NCBI GenBank assembly: GCA_016875395.1
Contig: VGRF01000001.1
Location: 95,921-159,920, forward strand
From: Deltaproteobacteria bacterium
Lineage (GTDB): Bacteria > Myxococcota_A > UBA9160 > UBA6930
Direction: 5' to 3'
Length of the DNA: 64,000 nt
Shown in pieces: positions 29,567-38,679 of the stretch. Below the pieces are notes generated by a model, which made no database searches, had not been told where the DNA came from, and saw only the letters and a list, made by a program, of their open reading frames with translations. The translations under genes were made by a program, and so were the position numbers. How positions within the stretch are numbered: the first letter of the stretch is position 1; every line of letters begins with the position of its first letter.

Positions 29567-31996
29567 ATGGCCAAAGCAGCGGCCGCACGCAAGACACGTG
29601 CGCGCGCGTCCTTCCTGGGCGCGCCGGGCGGCGGAGTTGCGCGCGAAGCAGGCGGCGTCCTGCTCGCGGGCTTCGTCGCGCTCGCAGCGGTCGCGCTTTG
29701 GAGCTACTCGCCGTCGGACGCGGTGCTCGAGTGGACCCACGTCGAGAACCGGGCGAGCGTCGCGGGCGCCACGGTTGCGGGCCTGCTGCACCGCTTCGCC
29801 GGAGTCGCCGCGTGGGGCGTGGTCATGGCGCTCGGTGCGGTCGCGGCATCGCTGCTCACGGCCGGACGCCTCGCGATTCCGCGCCATCTCTGGATCGCCG
29901 GCGGCGTCGCGTGGGGAGCGATCGCGACGCTCGCGTCCGTGCTGCCGATGCTCTCGCCGGAGCAGTTCGCGGGCGTGTCGGGTGGCTGGGTCGGCGGCAG
30001 CCTCGCGGGGATCGAGTCGCTGCTGATCAGCACCTACGGCGCCTTCCTCGTGAACGCGCTCTTGCTCGCGGTCGGGCTCGCGGGCTTCGCAGGTGTACCC
30101 GCGGGCGAAGCGCTCGCGGCGCTCGCGCGCGGCGGCGTGTCGGCTTCGCGCATCGCGGGGCGCGGCGCGCTCGCGTTCGGAGGCTGGGCGCACCGCATGG
30201 CGTTCGCGGGCGCCGACGCAGCGCAGCGCGGCTGGACGCAGCTCGAAGTCTGGCGCGAGCGGCGTGCGCGGCGCGAACGCGTCGAGGAGACGCGCGAGCA
30301 GCTCGCAGGTGCGGAGGAAGCGGCGGCGCCCCCGGTCGCGATCGCAGGCGAAGAGCCGCTCGCCCCCGCGGTTGCGGCAGAAACGCCGGCGCCCCCCGCG
30401 CGCCCGCGTGGCGCTGCGCCGGCGATCGTCGATCACGCGCGCGAGCGCAAGCGCGAGCCCGAGCAGGAGACGTTCACGTTCGCAGAGCCGACGTCGCTCG
30501 GGCCCTACGAGGCGCCCGACGTTGCGGAGACCTTCCAAGCGCCGCCCGAGAACGCGCGCAAGTACGACCGCGAGAGCTTGATCATGAACTCGCGGATCCT
30601 CGAGAAGAAGCTCGCGGACTTCGGCGTGATGGGCCGCGTGGTCACGGTGCACCCCGGTCCCGTGATCACGATGTACGAGTTCGAGCCGGCGCCGGGCGTC
30701 AAGGTCAACCGCATCACGAACCTGTCGGACGACCTCGCGCTCGCGCTGCGCGCGCTCTCGATCCGGATCATCGCGCCGATTCCGGGCAAGAGCGTCGTCG
30801 GCATCGAGGTGCCGAACGCGGAGCGCGAGACCGTCTACATCCGCGACTTGCTCGAGGCGCGCTCGTTCCGCGGCGCACCGAGCAAGCTCACGCTCGCGCT
30901 CGGCAAGGACATCTTCGGCAACCCCGTCGAGGCCGACCTCGCGACCATGCCGCACCTGCTCGTGGCCGGCGCCACCGGCACGGGCAAGAGCGTGTTCCTC
31001 AACTCGCTGCTGTGCTCGATCCTGGTCCGAGCCACGCCCGACGAAGTGAAGCTGCTGCTCGTCGACCCGAAGCTGCTCGAGCTCTCGATCTACGAGAAGA
31101 TTCCGCACCTGATCGCGGACGTCGTCACGAACCCGAAGCGCGCGTCGGCCGCGCTGCAGGGCATCGTGCTCAAGATGGAGGAGCGCTACCAGCAGATGGC
31201 GGCGCTCGGCGTCCGCAACATCGCGCAGTTCAACGCGCGCGTGGACGAGGCGAAGGCGGCGGGCATGAGGACGTACCGCCTGCGCCCGAAGCCCGGCGAG
31301 GCGGAGGGGCGCGAGGTCGAGTACGCGCGCATTCCGTACATCGTGGTCGTGATCGATGAGCTCGCGGACCTGATGGTCGTCTCCGCGAAGGATGTCGAGG
31401 AGTCGCTGCAGCGCCTCGCGCAGATGGCGCGCGCCTCGGGCATTCACCTCGTGCTGGCGACGCAGCGGCCGAGCGTCGACGTCCTCACCGGCATCATCAA
31501 GGCGAATTTTCCGGCGCGCATTTCGTTCCAAGTGTCGTCGCGCACCGACTCGCGGACGATTCTCGACCAAGGCGGCGCCGACCAACTGCTCGGACAAGGC
31601 GACATGCTGTTCCTCCCGCCCGGCACCTCGAAGCTCGCGCGCCTGCACGGCCCCTACGTGAGCGAGCGCGAGGTGACGAAGCTCGTCGAGCACCTGCGCC
31701 GCCAAGGCGCGCCGAAGTTCGACGAGGAGTTGTTACGGATCCCCGAGGAGGCGGAAGAGGGCGGCGAAGCGATCGATCCCGAGGACGTGGACGAGCACTA
31801 CGACATGGCCGTGCGCATCGTCGCCGAGACGCGCAACGCATCGATCTCGTATCTCCAGCGTCGGCTCAAGGTCGGGTACAACCGCGCCGCGCGCATGATC
31901 GAGCAGATGGAGCGCGAGGGCGTGGTCGGTCCGCAGATCGGCGTGCGCCCGCGCGAGGTGTTCATCGCGCCGATCGGCGAAGACGCCGATGCCTGA
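29567..31996 (+). CDS. ftsK: DNA translocase FtsK
   Basis: N-terminal TM helices, a Pro/Ala linker, Walker A GATGTGKS, Walker B VVVIDELADLM, and gamma domain SISYLQRRLKVGYNRAARMIEQME. Confidence 0.95.
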   Translation: MAKAAAARKTRARASFLGAPGGGVAREAGGVLLAGFVALAAVALWSYSPSDAVLEWTHVENRASVAGATVAGLLHRFAGVAAWGVVMALGAVAASLLTAGRLAIPRHLWIAGGVAWGAIATLASVLPMLSPEQFAGVSGGWVGGSLAGIESLLISTYGAFLVNALLLAVGLAGFAGVPAGEALAALARGGVSASRIAGRGALAFGGWAHRMAFAGADAAQRGWTQLEVWRERRARRERVEETREQLAGAEEAAAPPVAIAGEEPLAPAVAAETPAPPARPRGAAPAIVDHARERKREPEQETFTFAEPTSLGPYEAPDVAETFQAPPENARKYDRESLIMNSRILEKKLADFGVMGRVVTVHPGPVITMYEFEPAPGVKVNRITNLSDDLALALRALSIRIIAPIPGKSVVGIEVPNAERETVYIRDLLEARSFRGAPSKLTLALGKDIFGNPVEADLATMPHLLVAGATGTGKSVFLNSLLCSILVRATPDEVKLLLVDPKLLELSIYEKIPHLIADVVTNPKRASAALQGIVLKMEERYQQMAALGVRNIAQFNARVDEAKAAGMRTYRLRPKPGEAEGREVEYARIPYIVVVIDELADLMVVSAKDVEESLQRLAQMARASGIHLVLATQRPSVDVLTGIIKANFPARISFQVSSRTDSRTILDQGGADQLLGQGDMLFLPPGTSKLARLHGPYVSEREVTKLVEHLRRQGAPKFDEELLRIPEEAEEGGEAIDPEDVDEHYDMAVRIVAETRNASISYLQRRLKVGYNRAARMIEQMEREGVVGPQIGVRPREVFIAPIGEDADA

Positions 31997-32741
31997 CACG
32001 CGCACGCTGCGGGCCTGCTCGCTCGCCGTGATCCTCGCCGCGGTCAGCGCGAGCGCTGCAGGTGGCGACGACGCGGCGCAATCCGCGCCAGCACCGAAGC
32101 AAGCGCCCGCCAAGCCCGCGCAGCCTGCGCCGCCGAAGCCGGCCGCCCCCGCGGACTGCGCGGCTCAGATGACCGCGCGCGTACAGGCGCGTTACGACCG
32201 CATGCGCGACCTCGAGGCGCGCTTCACGCAGCGCACGATCAGCCAGCTCTCGCCCGCGGGCGACGTCTCGACCGGTCGCGTCGCGCTCGCGAAGCCCGGC
32301 AAGATGCGCTGGAGCTACGAGGCGCCGGAGCCGAGCCTGGTCGTGAGCGACGGCAGGACGCTGTGGATCTACGACGCCGTCGCGCGCGAAGCGCAGAAGC
32401 TCGCGGTCGGCGAGCAGTTCATGTCCGGCGCCGCGTTCCAGTTCTTGTTAGGCGACGGCCGCATCGCGGACAGCTTCACGGTGCGCGCTGCGGACTGCGG
32501 CGCGGCGCGGGTGAAGCTCGTGCTGACGCCGAAGGGCGATGCCACGTACGAGCACCTCGAGCTCGTCGTCGACGCAGCGAGCGCGGAGGCGCAAGCGACG
32601 TCCGTCGTGGACCTGTTCGGGAATCGCACCGAGGTCGAGTTCAGCGAGATTCGTTACGACCGCGCGCCCGGCGCGAGCGTGTTTCAGTTCACGCCCGAAC
32701 CCGGTGTGCGCGTGATCGAGCTCGACGCCCCTGCGAGCTGA
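31989..32741 (+). CDS. lolA: Outer-membrane lipoprotein carrier protein LolA
   Basis: Signal peptide, a Pro/Ala-rich spacer, then a LolA-like fold (RFTQRT.., GKMRWSYEAPEPSLVVSDGRTLWIYD). Conserved ftsK-lolA adjacency with an 8-nt overlap. Confidence 0.8.
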   Translation: MPDTRTLRACSLAVILAAVSASAAGGDDAAQSAPAPKQAPAKPAQPAPPKPAAPADCAAQMTARVQARYDRMRDLEARFTQRTISQLSPAGDVSTGRVALAKPGKMRWSYEAPEPSLVVSDGRTLWIYDAVAREAQKLAVGEQFMSGAAFQFLLGDGRIADSFTVRAADCGAARVKLVLTPKGDATYEHLELVVDAASAEAQATSVVDLFGNRTEVEFSEIRYDRAPGASVFQFTPEPGVRVIELDAPAS

Positions 32742-32943
32742 CACGCAGCTTTCTCGACACCGCGTCGGAAACTCGGCGCTCTCGATCCGTCCGCGCACGA
32801 CCTCGCATCTTCGAGTGGCACCCCGCGCGCAGGCCATCGGCAACTTCGCGCGGCGCGCTTGCCGCTGCGCGCGAGACGCGCGCTCGATGCGCTGCGGCTT
32901 TGCGCCGCGAGTGTTTGCAGATGAAGTTGCGCATCGCCGAGCG

Positions 32944-32972
32944 TTGACACTCGAAAACCGCATTCGTAGATT
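32944..32972 (+). promoter_or_regulatory. Sigma-70-like promoter TTGACA-N17-TAGATT about 280 nt upstream of mpa
   Basis: Consensus -35 at 32944-32949, an exact 17-nt spacer, and -10 TAGATT at 32967-32972, within an unusually AT-richer patch of a 509-bp intergenic region. Confidence 0.5.
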
Positions 32973-33250
32973 CGCCATTCACCGAAAGTCACGAAAAAAC
33001 GGGCACTTGGGCGAGCCTTCGCACTTCGAAGCGGAGCCCGGGCAAGCTCGTCGAAGGGACGCAGCGAGGCGCCGCGAGTGATTAGGGCGAGCGGCGCCTG
33101 CCGCGGAGTGCGGGACGCGATGACGAGGCGGAGCATCGACACCCAGAGGAGCGACGAGGCGCGACGCGAGCGTCGCGCGGCACATGCCTTGCACAACGCT
33201 GTGCCTACCGCCCGCGTCGTGCGCGCGGCCCTCGAAGTGGAGAGTTCGCG

Positions 33251-35080
33251 ATGAGCGAGTTCGACGAATCTGGACGCAGCAGCCGTGGATTCTTGCGCCG
33301 CTTCGGCCCCGGGCGCGATGGCGAGGCCGAGGGAGAGCGCGAGCGGGAGCGCACGATGGCGCGCTCGCTCCAGGAGGAGGCCGAGGATCTGCGCGAGGCG
33401 CTGCGCTTCTTCGGCGGCGATTCCGCCGAGTTCCGCCGCCGCCTCGATCGCATCCTCGCGGAGTACGAGGCGCAGCGCCGGCGCGCGACGTTGCTGCGCG
33501 ATCAGCTCGGCGACGCCGAGCGCCAGAACGAGAAGCTCGTCGCGACGCTGCAAGAGGCGAAGCAGCAGATCGAGCTGCTGAAGGAAGAAGTCGACAAGCT
33601 GTGCGCGCCGCCGAACGGCTACGGCGTGTTCATCCGCAGCAACAAGGACAGCACGGCGGAGATCATCGTCGACGGCAAGGCGATGCGCGTGAACGTGCAT
33701 CCGAACGTCGACACCACGACGTTCGAGGAGGGTCAGCTCGTCGTCCTCAACGAGGCGTTCAACGTGGTCGAGGGCTCGGGCTTCACGCAGCGCGGCGAGA
33801 TCGTCTCGATCTCCGAGATTCTCGGCGACGGCCGCGCGGTGGTGCTCGGGCACACCGACGACGAGCGCGTCGTGACGCTCGCTTCGCCGCTGCGCCGCGA
33901 GCGCCTCAAGGTCGGCGACAACCTGCTCGTCGACACGCGCACGCAGTACGCGTTCGAGAAGATGCCGAAGAGCGCGGTGGAAGAAGTCGCGCTCGAGGAA
34001 GTTCCGGACGTCACCTACGACCAGATCGGCGGCCTCGGCGAGCAGGTGCAGATCCTGCGCGACGCGATCGAGCTGCCGTATCTGCACCCCGACGTGTTCG
34101 CGGAGCACAAGCTCCATCCGCCGAAGGGCATCCTGCTCTACGGGCCGCCCGGCTGCGGCAAGACGCTGATCGCGAAGGCCGTCGCGAACTCGCTCGCGAA
34201 GCGCATCGAAGAGCGCAGCGGCCGCCAGACGCCCGCGTACTTCCTCAACGTGAAGGGCCCAGAGCTCCTCAACAAGTACGTCGGCGAGACCGAGCACAAG
34301 ATCCGCGAAGTCTTCAAGCGCGCGCGCGAGAAGGCGAGCGAAGACGTGCCGGTGGTGATCTTCTTCGACGAGATGGACTCGCTGTTCCGCATGCGCGGAT
34401 CGGGCATCTCCTCGGACATGGAGGCCACCGTCGTCGCGCAGTTCCTGAGCGAGATCGACGGCGTCGAGTCGCTGAAGAACGTGATCGTGATCGGCGCGAG
34501 CAACCGGCAGGACCTGATCGATCCCGCGGTGCTGCGCCCGGGCCGCCTCGACCTCAAGGTGAAGGTGAGCCGCCCGGACAAGCAGGCCGCGTTCGAGATC
34601 TTCACGAAGTACTTCACGCCGGATCTGCCCATGCACGCGTCGATGACGTCGCGCTACGGCAGCGACCTCACGAGGGCCTGCGAGCAGATGCTGCGCGAGA
34701 CGATCGAGAAGATGTACTCGACGGGCGACGACAACAAGTTCCTCGAGGTCACGTACGCGAAGGGCGAGCGCGAGATCTTCTACTTCAAGGACTTCTCGAG
34801 CGGCGCGATGATCGAGAACATCGTGGCGCGCGCGAAGAAGATGGCGGTGAAGCGGTTGATCGACGCGGGCGAGCGCGGCATCAAGATCGACGACCTGCAC
34901 ACGGCGGTGCGGGACGAGTTCAAGGAGAACGAGGATCTGCCCAACACCACCAATCCTGACGACTGGGCGCGCATCTCCGGCCGCAAGGGCGAGCGCATCA
35001 TCAACGTGCGCACGCTCATCACGGGAATCAGCCGGAAGGAACGCTCCATCGAGAACGTCGACTCCGGTCAGTACCTGTAA
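33251..35080 (+). CDS. mpa: Proteasome-associated AAA+ ATPase Mpa/ARC
   Basis: N-terminal coiled coil (LVATLQEAKQQIELLKEEVDKLCAPPNGYG), OB domains, Walker A GPPGCGKT, Walker B VVIFFDEMD, and the C-terminal GQYL proteasome-docking motif. Confidence 0.95.
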   Translation: MSEFDESGRSSRGFLRRFGPGRDGEAEGERERERTMARSLQEEAEDLREALRFFGGDSAEFRRRLDRILAEYEAQRRRATLLRDQLGDAERQNEKLVATLQEAKQQIELLKEEVDKLCAPPNGYGVFIRSNKDSTAEIIVDGKAMRVNVHPNVDTTTFEEGQLVVLNEAFNVVEGSGFTQRGEIVSISEILGDGRAVVLGHTDDERVVTLASPLRRERLKVGDNLLVDTRTQYAFEKMPKSAVEEVALEEVPDVTYDQIGGLGEQVQILRDAIELPYLHPDVFAEHKLHPPKGILLYGPPGCGKTLIAKAVANSLAKRIEERSGRQTPAYFLNVKGPELLNKYVGETEHKIREVFKRAREKASEDVPVVIFFDEMDSLFRMRGSGISSDMEATVVAQFLSEIDGVESLKNVIVIGASNRQDLIDPAVLRPGRLDLKVKVSRPDKQAAFEIFTKYFTPDLPMHASMTSRYGSDLTRACEQMLRETIEKMYSTGDDNKFLEVTYAKGEREIFYFKDFSSGAMIENIVARAKKMAVKRLIDAGERGIKIDDLHTAVRDEFKENEDLPNTTNPDDWARISGRKGERIINVRTLITGISRKERSIENVDSGQYL

Positions 35081-35125
35081 GCGGCGGGCGGCTCGTGCCC
35101 GTCACCCGGAGTTCGTGGAGCGCCG

Positions 35126-36610
35126 ATGGCGATACCGAAGGTGATGGGCACCGAGATCGAGTTCGGAATTGCGGTCCAGAACGACCGCGATTTCGACCCG
35201 ATCTCGAGCTGCGTGCTGCTGGTGAACGCGTACCGCGAAGATCGCCTCGCGGGCATCCTGTGGGACTACGACCAGGAGAATCCCCTCGCCGACGCGCGCG
35301 GCTTCCAGGTCGACGGCGAGAAGTACACGCCGAACCAGCAAGAGAACATCGCGCGCAACAAGACGCTCGAGAACGGCGCGCGTTACTACGTCGACCACGC
35401 GCACCCCGAGTACTCGTGCCCGGAAGTGACGAACCCGCGCGAGCTCGTGATTCACGAGAAGGCCGGCGAGCGCGTGATCGAAATCTCGCGCCGCGAGGCG
35501 ACGCAGCTGCTTCCCGCCGGAACGCAGCTGCTCGTGCACAAGAACAACAGCGACCACAAGGGCAACAGCTACGGCTCGCACGAGAACTACTTGATGGACC
35601 GGCGCACGTCCTTCAAGCAGATCGTCGAGCACCTGATGCCGTTCTTCGTGACGCGCCAGGTCTACGCGGGCGCGGGCAAGGTGGGCAGCGAGAACCGCGC
35701 GCATCCGTGTCTGTATCAGCTCTCGCAGCGCTCGGACTTCTTCGAGACGGAAGTGGCGCTCGACACGATGGTGAAGCGCCCGATCATCAACACGCGCGAC
35801 GAGCCGCACGCCGACCGCGAGAAGTATCGGCGGCTGCACGTGATCGTCGGCGACTCGAACATGAGCGAGTACACGATCTGGCTGCGCCAAGGTGTTACGG
35901 CGATCGTGCTCTCGATGATCGAGGACGGCGCGATCGACCGCGACCTCACGCTGCGCGATCCGGTTCGCGCGATCAAAGAGGTGTCGCACGACATCTCGCT
36001 GAAGCGAACGATCGAGCTCAACTCGGGCAAGAAGCTCAGCGCGGTGCAGCATCAGCGCGAGTTCTACGCGCTCGCGAAGAAGTATCAGGCTGCGCGCGAG
36101 CTGCCGGCTTGGGCGCCCGAGATCATGGATGCGTGGCTCGACGTGCTCGACGCGCTCGAGCGCGATCCGCGCGAGCTCGCCGATCGCCTCGACTGGGTGG
36201 CGAAGCAGGCGATGATCGAGGCGTTCCTGGAGCGCAAGGGGCTCGATTGGGAATCGCCGCAGGCGCAGATGCTCGACCTGCAGTTCCACGACGTGCGGCC
36301 CGAGAAGGGCCTCGCGTATCTGCTCGAGCGGCAAGGCAAGCTGCGCAGGCTCGTCAGCGACGACGAGATCGTGCGCGCGATCACCGAGCCGCCCGAGGAC
36401 ACGCGCGCGTACTTCCGGGGTCAGTGCCTCAAGCGCTACGGTGAAGCGGTGTTCGGCGTGAACTGGGATTCGATCTCGTTCGGCATCGGCGACGAGCCGA
36501 TCAAGCGAGTGATGATGGCGGAACCGCTCAAAGGCTCGATGAAGCACGTCGAAGAGTTGCTCGACCGCTCGCCGACGGCGGCCGAGCTCGTGCGCAACCT
36601 GCGCACCTGA
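35126..36610 (+). CDS. dop: Pup deamidase/depupylase Dop (Pup-ligase family)
   Basis: MGTEIEFGI, YVDHAHPEYS, GNSYGSHENYLM, QLSQRSDF, INTRDEPHAD and YFRGQCLKRYG closely parallel mycobacterial Dop as I recall it. Position between mpa and pup. Confidence 0.9.
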   Translation: MAIPKVMGTEIEFGIAVQNDRDFDPISSCVLLVNAYREDRLAGILWDYDQENPLADARGFQVDGEKYTPNQQENIARNKTLENGARYYVDHAHPEYSCPEVTNPRELVIHEKAGERVIEISRREATQLLPAGTQLLVHKNNSDHKGNSYGSHENYLMDRRTSFKQIVEHLMPFFVTRQVYAGAGKVGSENRAHPCLYQLSQRSDFFETEVALDTMVKRPIINTRDEPHADREKYRRLHVIVGDSNMSEYTIWLRQGVTAIVLSMIEDGAIDRDLTLRDPVRAIKEVSHDISLKRTIELNSGKKLSAVQHQREFYALAKKYQAARELPAWAPEIMDAWLDVLDALERDPRELADRLDWVAKQAMIEAFLERKGLDWESPQAQMLDLQFHDVRPEKGLAYLLERQGKLRRLVSDDEIVRAITEPPEDTRAYFRGQCLKRYGEAVFGVNWDSISFGIGDEPIKRVMMAEPLKGSMKHVEELLDRSPTAAELVRNLRT

Positions 36611-36627
36611 CCTCCGAGGAGAACACC

Positions 36628-36894
36628 ATGATTCGCCGAAAGCACTCTCTCGCGAACGACGCGGACCTCGCGGGCTTCGGCGTCGCGCACGCCGCCGAGC
36701 AGCAGCAGAAGCAAAAGCAGGGCGGCGGCGAGGGTGAGGGCGGCGCACCGTCCGGCGAAGGCGGCAAGAAGCTCGCCAAGAAGGGCGAGGCGCTGAAGGA
36801 AGAGATGGACTCGCTGATGGACGAGATCGACAACGTGCTCGAAGAGAACGCCGAGGAGTTCGTGAAGAACTACGTCCAGCGAGGCGGCGAGTAG
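36628..36894 (+). CDS. pup: Prokaryotic ubiquitin-like protein Pup (88 aa, C-terminal GGE)
   Basis: C-terminal half EEMDSLMDEIDNVLEENAEEFVKNYVQRGGE matches the Pup helix and GGE tail. GAGGAG lies 7 nt upstream of the ATG. Confidence 0.92.
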   Translation: MIRRKHSLANDADLAGFGVAHAAEQQQKQKQGGGEGEGGAPSGEGGKKLAKKGEALKEEMDSLMDEIDNVLEENAEEFVKNYVQRGGE

Positions 36895-36940
36895 GTAGGC
36901 CGGAACGCCGCGAGCGGCCGCGGGGGGCGAGCCGAGCGCG

Positions 36941-37759
36941 GTGTTCGAACACGCTGGAGGGGGCGTGCAGTTCTGGGATGGCTACAAGGGCTCGAGCTTC
37001 CTCGAGCTTCTCGCGACGGATCATCCGCAGCTGCGGCCTGATCTCGGCGGCTTGATCTCGCAGATCGGCGCTGCGCCGAACGTTCCGCACGGCACGACCT
37101 GCCTCGGTCTTCGCTACGGCGACGGCGCGCTCGTCGCGGCCGATCGGCTTGCGACGATGGGTTATCAGGTCGCGAGCCGCGAGATCGAGAAGCTCTGGGT
37201 CACGGACAACACCTCCGTGATGGCGATCGCCGGCGCCGCGGGCCCCGCGATCGAGATGGCGCGCCTGATCGCCGTGCAATTCGAGCACCGCGAGAAGATC
37301 GAGGGCGAGCCGCTCGAGCTCGAGGGCAAAGCCAACACGCTCTCGCAGCTGATCCGGCAGAACCTGCCCGCCGCGATGCAAGGCCTCGCCGTGGTGCCGC
37401 TGTTCGCGGGCTACGACGCGCGTCGTCGCACGGGCCGCGTCTGGAAGTACGAGATCACCGGCGGACGCTACGAAGAGCGCGAGTACGAGTGCGTCGGCTC
37501 GGGCTCGATCTTCGCGCGCGAGTCGCTGAAGAAGAGCTTCCGCGCCGAGTCCTCGCGCGCCGACGCCGTGCTGATGGCGATCGAGGCGCTGAAGGACGCC
37601 GCGGACGAAGACCGCGCGACCGGCGGAGTCGACCTCGAGCGCGGCATCTTCCCGCGCGTGAAGACCTGCACCGCGCGCGGCGTCGAGGACGTCTCCGACG
37701 ACGAGATCGCGCAGGCCTACCAGCAAGTGCTCGAACGCCGCCGCCGCCCGCGCGGTTGA
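36941..37759 (+). CDS. prcB: 20S proteasome beta subunit
   Basis: 51-aa propeptide ending ..NVPHG, followed by TTCLGL. Thr1, Asp17 (AADR) and Lys33 (REIEK) are all present. GSGS motif. Confidence 0.95.
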   Translation: MFEHAGGGVQFWDGYKGSSFLELLATDHPQLRPDLGGLISQIGAAPNVPHGTTCLGLRYGDGALVAADRLATMGYQVASREIEKLWVTDNTSVMAIAGAAGPAIEMARLIAVQFEHREKIEGEPLELEGKANTLSQLIRQNLPAAMQGLAVVPLFAGYDARRRTGRVWKYEITGGRYEEREYECVGSGSIFARESLKKSFRAESSRADAVLMAIEALKDAADEDRATGGVDLERGIFPRVKTCTARGVEDVSDDEIAQAYQQVLERRRRPRG

Positions 37760-37834
37760 GGCGTCGAGCCGACGCAACTCCAACATCGCCCGTAACAAGA
37801 GGACCACGCCCCGCCCGAACGCGGCTCGAGAAGC

Positions 37835-37900
37835 CGCAAGCCGACCGAGCGAGCCCGCTCGCTCCGTCGGCGCGCAGCGAGGCGAAGCCGAGCGGAGAAT
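37835..37900 (+). repeat. 13-bp-stem hairpin plus R2-core motif in the prcB-prcA spacer
   Basis: CCGACCGAGCGAG-CCCG-CTCGCTCCGTCGG (37841-37870, one mismatch), followed by GCGCGCAGCGAGGCGAAGCCGAGCGGAG. Confidence 0.7.
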
Positions 37901-37908
37901 CGTAAGAG

Positions 37909-38604
37909 ATGGCGTTTCCGTTCTACGTGAACCCGGAGCAGATGACCGCCGAGAAGGCGGAGTACGCGCGCAAAGGCATCGCGCGCGGGCGATCGATCGT
38001 GACGCTCGAGTTCGGCGGCGGCGTGCTGATGGTCGGCGAGAATCCGCTCAAGCTGCAGAAGGTCGGCGAGATCTACGACCGCATCGCATTCGCCGGCGTC
38101 GGCAAGTTCAGCGAGTTCGATCGGCTGCGGAAAATGGGCATCCAGTGGGCCGACGTGGAGGGCTTCCGCTTCAGCCGCGACGACGTGCGCGGCAAGGCAC
38201 TCGCGAACCTCTACTCGCAGGTGCTCGGCGAAGAGTTCACGCGTTCGATCAAGCCGTTCGAAGTGGAGATCGTGGTCGCGGAGGTCGGCGACGAGAATCT
38301 CGCGGGCCACGAGAAGAACGCGCTCTACAAGATCGGCTTCGACGGCACGATCCAGGACCAAGAAGGCTTCATCGTGATCGGCGGCAGCGTCGACAACCTC
38401 CAGAGCCACATGAACACGCACTTCCGCGCGGGCCTCTCGCTCGGCGCCGCGTTGAAGCTCGGCCGCGACGCGCTGCAGCGCGCAGAGAACGGAAACCCCG
38501 ACCTCGGCGCGCGGCACCTCGAAGTCGCGCTGCTCGATCGCGCGCGCACCGGCCGCAAGTTCCGCCGCCTCGCGCAGAACGAAATCTCCCAGCTCCTGTC
38601 CTGA
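37909..38604 (+). CDS. prcA: 20S proteasome alpha subunit
   Basis: MAFPFYVNPEQMTAEKAEYARKGIARGRSIV.. is alpha-subunit-like at the N-terminus. 231 aa, immediately after prcB. Confidence 0.92.
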   Translation: MAFPFYVNPEQMTAEKAEYARKGIARGRSIVTLEFGGGVLMVGENPLKLQKVGEIYDRIAFAGVGKFSEFDRLRKMGIQWADVEGFRFSRDDVRGKALANLYSQVLGEEFTRSIKPFEVEIVVAEVGDENLAGHEKNALYKIGFDGTIQDQEGFIVIGGSVDNLQSHMNTHFRAGLSLGAALKLGRDALQRAENGNPDLGARHLEVALLDRARTGRKFRRLAQNEISQLLS

Positions 38605-38679
38605 CGGCGCGCGCCCGCAGCGCAGCGGCAACTTCGCTGCGATGCTGTGCAAGTCGCCCGCGCGACGTGCCGATGAGCG

